Assembly (NCBI RefSeq): GCF_006345805.1
Contig: NW_021836467.1
Location: forward strand, 1-24,275
Length of the DNA stretch: 24,275 bases
Reading direction: 5' to 3'
Source of the DNA: Octopus sinensis
Taxonomy: Eukaryota
Every line of letters begins with the position of its first letter. The stretch's first letter is position 1. This document shows, piece after piece, positions 10,970 to 22,102 of the stretch. The notes below the pieces were generated by a model. It saw only the letters and a program-made list of their open reading frames with translations, had not been told where the DNA came from and searched no databases. The translations under genes were made by a program, and so were the position numbers.

Positions 10970-12495
10970 AAGATTTACATAATTTGAACAGAGTAACAGA
11001 TGCGGCACACATAGGAGATGACTCTTGGATTCTTTTATATTTTTTCTAATCTGTGTCACCTTGTGTAAAACGGTAATGGATTATTACAAAACGGAATTTC
11101 AATCTTAAATAAATATTAAAAAATGTATTCAGTAGGCATAACGCTGCCGTTAACAAGCTCAAGTTGTAAGTACTTGCTTCCAGTTTCAATTCCAATGACC
11201 AGCGCTTTGAACAAGGGACGTCCACTGTATCCCCAGGCCTGTTGTGAATTGAAACTCTTTGTACACATCTCCCTTGTTACTCCTCTCAGTTTTACCTGTA
11301 GGTGCATGGAAGATTCAGGTAAATTTTGACATAAATATCTTATCAGTCACAAATATGGTAATTTTTTTTCCGACAGTTAACTTGAAACGGTTATGACTTT
11401 GTGACTATGTTTGACTCTCCTTACCGCCTGACGAACGGTTTTGGTTTGATTACGTCTCCATAAGTGAGCAGATCAGCAAAAAGGTCCGATAAAATAAGTA
11501 ACAGATTTAGAAAATAAGTAATGGTAATAAGTAAAAACACGAACGAAGAATGTTGCCCGTATCGGCCACTATTAAAATATAACGATAAACGTTGTTGGTG
11601 GTGTCCCGTCGTCCATAAAAAATCGTTCTGCAATTCTTTGTTGAAGAATTTGCACAAATTCTTTGTTTCTATTGATCAAGTGTTTGTCTTTTATATTAGT
11701 TTACTCTCACTGCATCAAATCAACGTTGTCTCAATAGGTGCAGTGTGTACTTCACGACAAGTGCGAAATAGCTGCAGAACGACGTCACGTGAAATGCTTG
11801 GCTCAAGAAGACAACGTACTACCCAGAATAGGAATTGAAACCATGATTTCGCAGGGCCTAGCGCTTTCCGTGATAAATGGATTAAATATTGAAAAAACGT
11901 GTGAATGCATAAAAAAAAACATTTACGTAATTTACAACGAGTAGAAATTATTTGCCTGTAAATTCCTTTTGCTCAATGTCCTACGCTCCCATTTTGTCCC
12001 GAAAGGACCTGAAAATTCTGTGGCTCTTCAAACTACAAAACCGAGATATGGCTGCTGCAGTACGAGAGAGGGATTTACAAGAATTTGGCGAGTAGCAATT
12101 TTAAGCTGAGGAAATTGTAGCAAAAAATAAAGCCTTGATCAAGGAGAAAATGACATACCCAATTCCGGTATTTAAGTCACAAAATATTAATGGTAAGCTC
12201 AATACTCTGACGCCTTGGATACGCATCTTCAAGATTTAAACATGAAGTAAGTGCTATGGGGTAAGACGTTTCATTCTCACTCACATGGAAGCGAACTATT
12301 TTCCTCTATTCTGCTTTTGTTATCGCAACCGGCTGCTTCATGTCTCTTCTTTAAATTCCTGCCACAGCTGCGTATTCCTGCTGCGACAAAATGTTCCGAT
12401 TCCAAGATTCCTTTTGAGAGTTCGTTGTATTCTGCACTAATTCCAAAGATTACAATTTCCTTTAAAAATATTTTTTTCTTTGGAATATTCAACAT
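10970..12495 (-). mobile_element. possible decayed Ginger-like (KRBA2/SCAND3-type integrase) DNA transposon remnant
   Basis: Ordered minus-strand fragments: EYNEL..SQQEY..KKRHEAAGCDNKSRIEE (about 12300-12440, like H.ATGHGG..RM), PGDTVDVP / LVIGIETGSKYLQL..VNG (about 11130-11240, like GDTV.VP..VV..IE.G.Y.LG..NG), and KSHLLC..CYS (about 10990-11030, like a Cys-rich C-terminus). No integrase core was recognised. Confidence 0.35.
11737..11870 (-). mobile_element. decayed fragment of a third tRNA-derived SINE type
   Basis: gtgaaatgcttggctcaagaagacaacg...ggaattgaaacc is the reverse complement of a B-box (ggtttcaattcc) followed by a ttcttgagc(c)aagca core typical of SINE heads. Confidence 0.5.
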
Positions 12496-12569
12496 GTAGC
12501 TGTCCCTAATTTTCTACATACCTCGTATTTTGTTTCCCCAAATGTTCTACGCCATATGCACCTTAATGC

Positions 12570-12601
12570 TTACATACACACACACACACATATATGTATA
12601 A

Positions 12602-12633
<32 letters not shown>

Positions 12634-12832
12634 GTGTGTATGTGTGTGTGTATACATAGTTATGTAATTATAGAGAGATAAATAGAAATATGTAGAATGT
12701 ACATATGTACATGTATGTATGCCCTCATTTACATATATGTATATATCTAGAGAGAGACGGAGAGAGAGAGACAAACACACATATATCCATATATTTATAT
12801 ATATATATCTGTGTGTATATATATATATGTAT

Positions 12833-12874
<42 letters not shown>

Positions 12875-12885
12875 AAAGAGAGATA
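12570..12885. repeat. compound (CA)/(TA)/(GT)/(GA) microsatellite block
   Basis: Directly visible. Confidence 0.93.
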
Positions 12886-13495
12886 AATTATAAAAAAGTG
12901 ATGGTTGGAAAACTTCATCGAATGGTTATTAAAATGACAAGGATCTCATGCATTTTTTAATCTTTCCTCTTAAGGAAAATATGTAAACTATTAAATTGTT
13001 AGGTTTCAGAAAATAACTGACAAAAACATAATTGCTGATCTTACAGATCTTTGCAAATTCAATTATATGACATTCCTGTGTAGTTATCGCCATTCGTCTA
13101 AAGCGAAAAACACATAGAAAAATGCGAGTAGCACGGAGTGAGCGATTAAAGCATGGCTGTCAATGCTGCATAAGTTCTTTCGTAGATACAACCGCAACGA
13201 TATATATGCAATTATAATAAATACGCGGTCAGAATAGAATCATCATACAGGAAACAAGAAAATGCGCATTTGATTAAACGCAACGTTGGAAAGAAGCGAG
13301 CACTATGGTTTCTGATGTATTTAAATTAAACAATTTATATACTTGCCTGCTGGACAGGCTGAGAAATAGATTTTGAAGTCTATTGTGGTTAATAAACTAC
13401 GAAACAAACCAATATGGTAATCTGGTTATAATCCAATACATTTTTTTAGAAGTATACGTTAAAAGTATACAAACTTGCTGGAAGTCTGCACATAT

Positions 13496-13547
<52 letters not shown>

Positions 13548-13557
13548 GTGTGTGTGT
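13496..13557. repeat. (TA)n(GT)n microsatellite
   Basis: Directly visible. Confidence 0.95.
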
Positions 13558-14150
13558 ACTTGATTAATCAAATACCCAACAAGCACTGAGAAAGTGAACG
13601 TGATTTACCGGTGAAGTACCAGGTTTGTACCATGATATGTATGTCCTGTTATTATTATCATTATTATTCTTTTTTGCATTATTTTTGTATTTATATTCGT
13701 GTAACATCGTCCATTTTCCCGTCCTCGTTTCGTATACATTCAATCCTTTTTTCAAGGAATCTAATGCTCTTAGTTTAGTTTTTTCTTAGGGGCTTGCCAG
13801 ATTAGAGCAATCTCAAGATTAATTAGCAGAAATTGCGAGGATGATCCGGTTCTTGACTGACGATTAAAGCTTCAAATGTCCCGTCCGTGTTTTTTGTAGA
13901 AAACATTTTGTAGAAAACATTTCCCCAAGTTTTCACAAAGAACAATGGGTCATCCCAAAACTGCCGCAGTAATGTTAGGGCCTATATTTATGAGATTTTG
14001 CAATACAGGCGAAGTCTAAGAAGTGGTTTGTTGTACGTTCCGCGTTCACCCTACCTTACACAACTACAAATTTATTTTTAAGAGAACTCTCAAACGATAA
14101 TATTTAACCAGTCGACGAAATGAGTTCAGCCTCGAAACGGGAAAATAATA

Positions 14151-14346
14151 CTTTCTAATATAGACATAAGGCCTGAAATTTTGGGAGAGGGGGATAGTCG
14201 ACTACATCGACTCCAGTGCTCAACTGGTACTCAATTCATCGACCCCGAAAGGACGAAAGGCAAAGTCGACCTCGGCAGAATTTGAACTCAGAACGTAGAC
14301 GAAATACGCTAAGTATTTCATTCGCTGTGCTAACGATTCTGCCAGC
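14151..14346 (-). mobile_element. tRNA-derived SINE (family B)
   Basis: The reverse complement reads gctggcagaatcgttagc...ttctgagttcaaattctgccgaggtcgactttgcctttcgtcctttcggggtcgatgaattgagtaccagttgagcactgg, homologous to 726-930. Confidence 0.92.
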
Positions 14347-14811
14347 AAATTGCCTTTGTACACGCAGACATAATGAAATATATATTAGCGTGAATACAAT
14401 TCCATTGCTTCGCATTATCAATAGTTCCTGGCTGAAAACGGCCATCAGGGGTACATAACCAAATCCAAAATGAATTCTCTCAGTATATACAATTAATTTA
14501 TGAAAATGAAATAACGAAATGTAATTTAAGGAATACTAACATCACAACTATTCAGCGTGTGTATACATTATTTGGAACACCTTGCGTACACACATACATA
14601 TATATATATATATGAATATATATAAATATATCAATATAGAGGTACATGGGCTTGTCTGTATGCATGTGTGCGTGCATGTGTATATGCCTACATGTTGTAT
14701 GTATGAATGGATTTATATTTATGAGCTAGTTATCGCTAAGAATTTATAATATATATGCTTATTTCATTACGTCATCGAACGTAATCGTACCTGAAGTCTC
14801 TCTTCTGTCAC

Positions 14812-15012
<201 letters not shown>

Positions 15013-15616
15013 ATAGTTGAATTCCTTATCCACGTTCTTCGCATTTCTCACTGAAAGATTATTTAACTGATTGCCAAAGTAATCACACGATGGCGCTGTA
15101 CAATCCAACCATATCACACTCGGAAAGAATTAGTAGCTGGAACAGGCTCGACTCCCCTGAGTCTTTCAGCAATTTGATATCGATAATTACTTAGTTGCAA
15201 AGATAAGGCAACTGAAAACGATAATACCATTATCAAGGTTTTGAATACAGTAACAGAAATCTTACTTTAGGCGGTTACAAGTGTCGCAGGGAATTAAAAA
15301 GATTTGATATAAGCACGGTTGCAATCGACTCAAACGAAATCACAGATTTAATAGTGCTGTGTATAGTACAGAATTTTAAGTATAGCTTTCCTCCTTTGAT
15401 TCCGTCCTTTATTCACAAGTTTATTATTATGAGCCTGGTTAGTAGAATCAACCAATGCCAATATATTAGTTGAAGTACTTATACGTATTTTGCCAGGAGT
15501 TTTCTTTTAGTATAACTTTAGACACTCAATTACTTGAATTCTTCGACGATTCTCTAAATCGAAAGCATAGGTCTTTTTTCTTCATATACAAAATGACATA
15601 CCGAAATTCTTTCTAT

Positions 15617-15838
15617 ACTCTTTTACTCTTTTACTTGTTTCAGCCATTTGACTGCGGCCATGCTGGAGCACCGCCTTTTAATCGAGCAACTCGACCCCGG
15701 GACTTATTCTTTTGTAGGCCCAGTACTTATTCTATCGGTCTCTTTTGCCGAACCGCTAAGTAACGGGGACATTAACACACCAGCATCGGTTGTCAAGCAA
15801 TGCTAGGGGGACAAACACAGACACACAAACGCACACAC

Positions 15839-15891
<53 letters not shown>

Positions 15892-16072
15892 ATATATATA
15901 TACATATATACGACGGGCTTCATTCAGTTTCCGTCTACCAAATCCACTCACAAGGCATGGTCGGCCCGGGGCTATAGCAGAAGACACTTGCCCAAGATAC
16001 CACGCAGTGGGACTGAACCCCGAACCATGTGGTTGGTTAGCAAGCTACTTACCACACAGCCACTCCTGCGCC
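15617..16072 (-). mobile_element. full-length tRNA-derived SINE (family A) with internal (TA)n
   Basis: The reverse complement starts ggcgcaggagtggctgtgtggtaag...ggttcggggttcagtcc (A and B boxes), contains (TA)n at 15840-15910 and ends in gtaaaaga repeats. Collinear with 1397-1830. Confidence 0.93.
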
Positions 16073-16243
16073 TATATGTAAAAAAAAATTAATTAAACAA
16101 ATAAAATGTTCTAACGAACCGAAGAATGTCACAATTAATCCGTTTAGAGAAATCCAAGTTTGAATATTTAATATATCTGCAAACAAAGCAATAATCAAAG
16201 ATTATTCAATGTCGTTCTCTGAAAATCATCTCCGAAATGAACG

Positions 16244-16342
16244 GTGCGTAACTGGTACTTATTTAATCGACCTCCATAGAATGAAGGGCGAAGTCGACCT
16301 CGGCGGAATTTGAATTCAGAACGTAGCGGCAGATGAAATACC
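16244..16342 (-). mobile_element. partial SINE family B unit, in tandem with the next copy
   Basis: gtgcgtaactggtactt...aagtcgacctcggcggaatttgaattcagaacgtagcggcagatgaaatacc repeats the sequence at about 16428-16527. Confidence 0.85.
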
Positions 16343-16570
16343 TATTTCTTTACTACCCACAAGGGGCTAAACACAGAGAGGACAAACAAGGACAGACAAA
16401 CGGATTAAGTCGAATATATCGAACCCAGTGCGTAACTGTTACTTACTTTATCAACCCCCGTAAGGATGAAAGGCAAATTGAACCTCGGCTGAATTTGAAC
16501 TCAGAAAGCAAAGACGGATGAAATGCCGCAATGCATTTTGGGGTTGCTTACGAGTCTACCAGCTCACTGC
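16343..16570 (-). mobile_element. tRNA-derived SINE (family B, alternative 3' tail)
   Basis: Head gcagtgagctggtaga, B-box gagttcaaat and the shared core. Its tail (tgtctgtccttgtttgtcc...gccccttgtgggtagtaaagaaata) differs from that of the 14151-14346 copy. Confidence 0.88.
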
Positions 16571-17262
16571 TTCATAGAAGGAAAATACTTGGTGGCAAAA
16601 AATTGGATAGAAAGAAGTCAGAGAATGCCCGTCCGTCGACATACAATTCTTGTTGGCAAGACTCAACTTTCTAAAATGGAGGTCAATATCCAAAGCATTA
16701 CTTTGGCCCACTGGTAGAACTCCTTTGTTGTCCACAGGAAATGTGGGTTTGGGTTCGCCAGACAGTGGTGTGCTTGTTTTCTATCCAATAAATATTATTT
16801 ATAGATTTATGTACACCGAGATCCGTTATTCAAATACGAGATATTTCTCCTTCCTTCGTGCATAAATTCATGAGTTTTCATTAACATAGTAATTGTATTC
16901 ACATCGAACACAGGAATATATATTCTAGTATTCTGGATCAATCTGTAATGAATTTATTCTCTGACAATAGAGAGCAGTTTCCTTCTTTATCTTTCCAGAG
17001 ATCTCATATCAGATTCTGTATGCAATTAAATATTGAATTGACAAATTGATTAATAATATGAAAGATAAATTAATTAGAATAACCTGTCAAATAGTTTTAA
17101 TATGCCTCAAAGCTATAGACTAATTATAAATATAATTTAGACCTGATATGACCTGGGCGGTCAGGACACCACTCCGTAAACTTTGGAATATTTCCGGCTT
17201 ATTTCTTGCTTGATTTATGTGCCAGCTAGCACCGTTTCTCCCATGATTGTATAGAATAGTTC

Positions 17263-17367
17263 TGTATGTGTGTGTGTGTGTGTATGTGCGTGTGTGTATG
17301 TGTATGTGTGTGTGCATGTGCGTGTGTGTATGTGTATGTGTGTGTATGTGTGTGTATGTGTGTGTGT
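17263..17367. repeat. (GT)n/(GTGTAT)n microsatellite
   Basis: Directly visible. Confidence 0.95.
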
Positions 17368-17539
17368 AATCAGAAGGAGATGTTTCACATCTATAATTTT
17401 ATTAAACAGTTACTTACAGCATTGTTTTCTAGACTTACTCACGTTTGAAGTGCATCGACTGCAAGATATGCATCTTGGTGTCATTACCAGTGCAGTTTCA
17501 ACTGGGTCCATCTTTACTGCCGTTTCGAAGTGAATCTGA

Positions 17540-17700
17540 AGTAATTCTCAAGCTGGATAAACAAAAATGTTTTCTTAAAGAGTTTTGAGTGTTACTATAA
17601 ATAGATGTAATAGTCGTGACCACGTGATCGTCTCTACTAAGTGTGGAATCGAAATATATTCCTAAAAATAAGTAAGAACAATTGTCAGAGTCTAGCAACT
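17540..17700 (-). mobile_element. LINE (CR1/L2/Jockey-type) reverse transcriptase C-terminal fragment
   Basis: The ORF peptide YLFLGIYFDSTLSRDDHV...LRKHF matches the conserved LG(I/V).FD..L.W..H(I/V) motif at the end of non-LTR RT domains. Confidence 0.6.
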
Positions 17701-17778
17701 TAATGCTAGCTCCAGTATCACTAAATGGCCGTTGTGGTTATGAAACCGACTTAAGCGGAAACACGATTGACGCCAGGA

Positions 17779-17803
17779 TTATACATACATATATATATAT
17801 ATA

Positions 17804-17854
<51 letters not shown>

Positions 17855-17877
17855 ATATATATATATATATATATGTT

Positions 17878-17915
<38 letters not shown>

Positions 17916-17981
17916 CCTATATATGTATATATAAAGGCGTGTGTGTGTATATATATACATATATATATATTTATATATATA

Positions 17982-18029
<48 letters not shown>

Positions 18030-18038
18030 TATATATAC
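17779..18038. repeat. long (TA)n microsatellite
   Basis: Directly visible. Confidence 0.97.
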
Positions 18039-18039
18039 A

Positions 18040-18595
18040 CGAGGGTGAATCAAAATATAATGCCATTTTCTTTAGGACAGGTATAATTACCAACACTGGA
18101 CGGGTATCATACGTTAAAATGAAGCTGGTCCTGTGTGGATCACATCCCTACTTCTCAACACAGTCACCGTTTCTCTCAATAGCAATGTTCCACCTTCGAA
18201 TGAGAGCATGTATCCCTGCCCCGTAAAATTCTGTTGACTGTTCTTTGAGCCACTTCTTTATTACAGTTCCCAATTCTTCGTGACTGGAATAATGCTTGCC
18301 TCTCAAACCCTCTTTCGTAGCGCCGAAAAGATGAAAGCCTGAAGGCGCTAAATCTAGTGAGTGTGGAGGTAGGGAAGAAGTGGCTCAAAGAACAGTCAAC
18401 AGAATTTTACAGGGCAGGTATACATGCTCTTATTCCAACGTGGAACATTGCTATTGAGACAAAACGGTGACTTTGTTGAGGAGTAAGGATGTGATACACA
18501 GAGGACCAGCTTCATTTTGATGTATGATGCATGTTCCTGTGACGGTAATAATACCTGTCCCAAACCAAATAGCATTACGTTTTGACTCACCCTCG
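18040..18595. mobile_element. fold-back MITE made of two mariner 3' ends
   Basis: Inverted arms at 18040-18258 and 18375-18595, termini cgagggtga(a/g)tcaaaa, flanks CA and TA. The minus strand of the left part encodes [46 protein letters not shown], and the right arm repeats [12 protein letters not shown] on the + strand. Confidence 0.93.
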
Positions 18596-18689
18596 TATCT
18601 ATATGTTTGTGTGTGTGTTTAATTACACACACACACCCATATATATATGTATATAAATGAAGAAACAAGTACTATAAACATATTGTGGT

Positions 18690-19525
18690 TGATAGAGTGT
18701 ATTTTATACAAGATTGTCTTGCGAAAATGTGTCTGTAAAATAATTTATAAAATTCCAGTGTTTATTTGAGATGCTCTTTATACGTAATGTTTAAAGCCTG
18801 ATTTAATATTTCTTTTAATTCTCGAACACGCTGCTGCACTGGTCGCCTATAATCTGTTGTAGACGTTCAATAGGTTTATGTCTCATTAAGATTAAGTTGG
18901 TTTGTACAGACAGGGTTCGTATGATTCTGTCTACTACATAGCAAATTCATAAGTATTTAACCATCAGAACATATTATTTCACCCAGTATAGAGCACAGCG
19001 AATGTCCTTTATAGAGTTATGTTACTTCTCTGCAATATAAATAACGTGATCTCTTTGTTCTTTTCTCATATCTCGGCTGATTTATTATACGAAACACACA
19101 TACTGTCAACAACTCCTAAACATTGAAGAGTTTAACGACCAATAAATCTCTTTTCTTCAACAATAGTTGACTATACAGTGACCGTAAATTCAGAGCTACA
19201 GCACGGTAACTTAGTATAATTGCATTTTCATTTTTGCGATTTATATACAGTTCATTCTTTCAGCTTCTTAAATTCAAATATATTGCACTGACTAACCGAT
19301 TCACTATGCACTTTCCGCGACGAGATATTGCGTAAAAGGAACCATATTCATACCGCCTGCGTTGGTGTACGTCTAGCAAAGAAACACATAGTGGGGTAGG
19401 AGAAAATGATGAAAACACTTTAGTGAGTGGGAAGTTTTCGTGTAATATGGAGCTGTGCAACTTTCGCGTAAATCAAAGATTTAATAAATCGACGAGTTAC
19501 CTCGTACAGGTTCTGAACAGCTGTT
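18690..19525 (+). mobile_element. possible highly decayed CR1-like LINE 3' region
   Basis: Scattered peptides in the expected order: ILEHAAA/WSP (about 18818-18850, like LEY...WSP), RFTMHFP..PYSYRL (about 19297-19360) and CN..L.NFRV.Q.FNK (about 19441-19490). By eye only. Confidence 0.25.
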
Positions 19526-20047
19526 AGGAGAATTTGAGACATTCTTGAAGTAAAACATGCTTCAGATTCTTCGGCGACAATGGCTTCTCATCTGTTGCCC
19601 GTAAAGGAACCGTAAATGTTCGCTAATATTGAGACCCGGTTTATGTTGGCCCAATGCAATGATCTACTTCACTTTGCTCTCCATACAGATTTTGAATAAC
19701 ATTACCCTAGAGAATTAGTGCATCATCGTCCTAGCAGATTGCTTTATCATCAGGGAATAATACGTCTGCTATATAATAAGCCAAAACAGAATGTAGAATT
19801 GTCATGGTTCAGTGGTTTTGGGGACTAGTCTTAGAGGTCAGAATGGTGAGAATGTGTGTGTCTTTGTGTACGTCTCTATGTGTGTGCGTATATACATGTG
19901 TTTGTGTTTGTGTGTGGGGGCCGTATTTTATTGATCCCAGAATTTATTGTGGCGTATGTAAATGTGTCTGTCTGTACTTTATATTTTGTAGGATGGTGTG
20001 TGTACGAACATTTCAGAGTATTTGGGTGTCAACCTGAAGACATGGGG

Positions 20048-20296
20048 GTGATAAAAATCAAACATCCAGTCAACATCATGGTGTGTGGAGTGATCAATAG
20101 TAATGGCGACGTAAAGTCGCCATCCATCTTCCGACACGATATCAATCTCAACACGGCGGGCTGCATCAAGTGCCTGGAGGAGGTAGTACTGCCCTGGGTG
20201 AAGAGGGTAGCTGCTAGAAGACAGTGGCAACAGGAATCTGCAACATGCCACACAAGCAGGACAATCCAGTCATGGCTGTCACACAGTTTCTACGAC
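20048..20296 (+). mobile_element. Tc1/mariner-superfamily (maT/DD37D-like) transposase fragment
   Basis: KHPVNIMVCGVINSNGDVKSPSIFRHDINLNTAGCIKCLEEVVLPWVKRVAARRQWQQESATCHTSRTIQSWL matches KHP..VMV.G......G...PP.IF ... WQQDSAP.H. The catalytic D has become E and no TIRs were seen. Confidence 0.85.
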
Positions 20297-20774
20297 AGGT
20301 TTATTGAATACACGTTAGTATTTCAAGGTATTTTTATGTAATCGTGGTAAATATATCTGTTCAAATCCGATTTTAGTGTTATTTCCATTTTTGCGTAATT
20401 TGGACGAACATTTATTCACCGTACACCGTTTATATGTGTGTGTGGATATTGGTGTGTGTATGTATATATTTATGTATGTAAGCATGCTTTTCGTTTGTGT
20501 CGACATTCTTATATACGCAGTGATGAGTGCTGATAAGCAATATATTAAATGATTGAAAACCGACGTTCATCCAGATTTAAAATATTTCTCTAAACTTATT
20601 CATGATTCCAAACAGATTAACAGAATATGAGATTACATGATTAGGGCATTAACAGATTAGCAGCTGTATAAACATGTAATCCTATTACAGCAGCATGGAA
20701 AGTTTATAATCTGCTTACTTTGTTATGTAACTTCCTACCACATTCATTATATCTCACACATACATACACGCCCC

Positions 20775-20798
20775 ATTATATATATACATATATATACC

Positions 20799-20849
<51 letters not shown>

Positions 20850-21076
20850 ATATATATATATTATGTAATATACATATATGTATATATATATACATATATG
20901 CATATATCTATATATTATATATATGCATGTATATATAGTTATATATGTATAGATATATATATATACATACAGGCATGCAAATATTTACGTGCGTATGTAT
21001 GCACGTATGTCTCTATGTATGTATGTAGAAATCCGGTGGCATATGCATTGATACTATTATATGTACATTTATGGAC

Positions 21077-21121
<45 letters not shown>

Positions 21122-21152
21122 ATATTATATACATATATATACGTATATATAT
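20775..21152. repeat. (TA)n-dominated microsatellite block
   Basis: Directly visible. Confidence 0.92.
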
Positions 21153-21360
21153 AACGGGAAGCTTTATAAAATAAACAAAAGACGAAGACAGGTGGAATAC
21201 AAACAAACAATTGTATTAGTATGGCGCTGAGGAATATAAATAAAACAAGTCTTTTACGTTTCGAGCCTACGCTCTTCAACAGAAAGATACACAGAAAGAA
21301 ACACAGAAAGAAACAAGGAGAGAAAAAATGCGTGTAGAGGCTAGCGAATCAACATGGTGA
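21153..21360 (-). mobile_element. putative Penelope pseudo-LTR / retrozyme-like element within (TA)n
   Basis: About 208 bp of non-coding sequence flanked on both sides by (TA)n, containing a hammerhead fold at 21250-21287 (-). Confidence 0.65.
21250..21287 (-). ncRNA. minimal type I hammerhead ribozyme (variant core)
   Basis: The minus strand reads UCUUU-CUGUUGA-A-GAGC GUAG GCUC-GAAAC-GUA^AAAGA: 5-bp stem I, 4-bp stem II with tetraloop, GAAA box, palindromic ACGU in place of stem III, and a GUA cleavage triplet. The core has A6 changed to U. Confidence 0.7.
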
Positions 21361-21410
21361 TATATATACATACACATACATACACACATATATATATATA
21401 TATACATATC

Positions 21411-21443
<33 letters not shown>

Positions 21444-21452
21444 CCCACGTAT

Positions 21453-21530
<78 letters not shown>

Positions 21531-21531
21531 C

Positions 21532-21574
<43 letters not shown>

Positions 21575-21576
21575 AT
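21361..21576. repeat. (TA)n microsatellite
   Basis: Directly visible. Confidence 0.96.
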
Positions 21577-21577
21577 T

Positions 21578-22102
21578 CACCCAGAACCACACGCTAATAG
21601 TTTAGGACTGAGATGTTGGATTTCTCGGTGTCTTGTGAATCGATTGTAATCCAATTCTTCCCAGCTGGTTTCTACACCATGGGAACACCATTCTTGTGTT
21701 TTCATTATTCTGTCTAACGTCCTTTCTTTGTTTTTATTGGTGATCCCTCTGTTTTAGCGTGAACCACGCTAATAGTGTCTGTCCTCTCTCAGAAGAATAG
21801 GACGTGGAAAAGGCCTTAACGACGAAGAAAAGTGTGTCCTAATCAAGGTTTGTGCTAAAGGCACCTATGTTCATGTCATTGCGGAGACGTTAGGTCGTCA
21901 GGTGGACAAGGTTAGACGCTTCTTGAATGACCCTTTGTCAAGGAAGAAACGATCCGATTGTGGAATCTCCAAGACTATGACAGTCAGGGATTTAAGGAAT
22001 ATTGACCGCAAGTTACGCGGGAAACCTGCACAAACAAGCAGTGCCATTTTCACCAACTCCGGACTTCCTCATGTATAGAAAACCACCAGGAATCTCATTC
22101 TT
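21578..22102 (+). mobile_element. 5' half of a Tc1-family transposon (HTH region of transposase)
   Basis: The frame from ATA at 21797 is open for 93 codons: (M)GRGKGLNDEEKCVLIKVCAKGTYVHVIAETLGRQVDKVRRFLNDPLSRKKRSDCGISKTMTVRDLRNIDRKLRGKPAQTSSAIFTNSGLPHV*KTTRNLIL. This is a Tc1/Tc3-type paired HTH N-terminus. Upstream is a direct-repeat pair at 21584-21601 and 21761-21776. Confidence 0.8.

Noticed and set aside
19715-19760. CUGAUGA on the minus strand followed by a small AGCA/UGCU stem
   Set aside because: There is no GAAA box or stem I/III pairing, so it is not a hammerhead. The CUGANGA hits near 4474, 4687, 9952 and 11427 fail in the same way.
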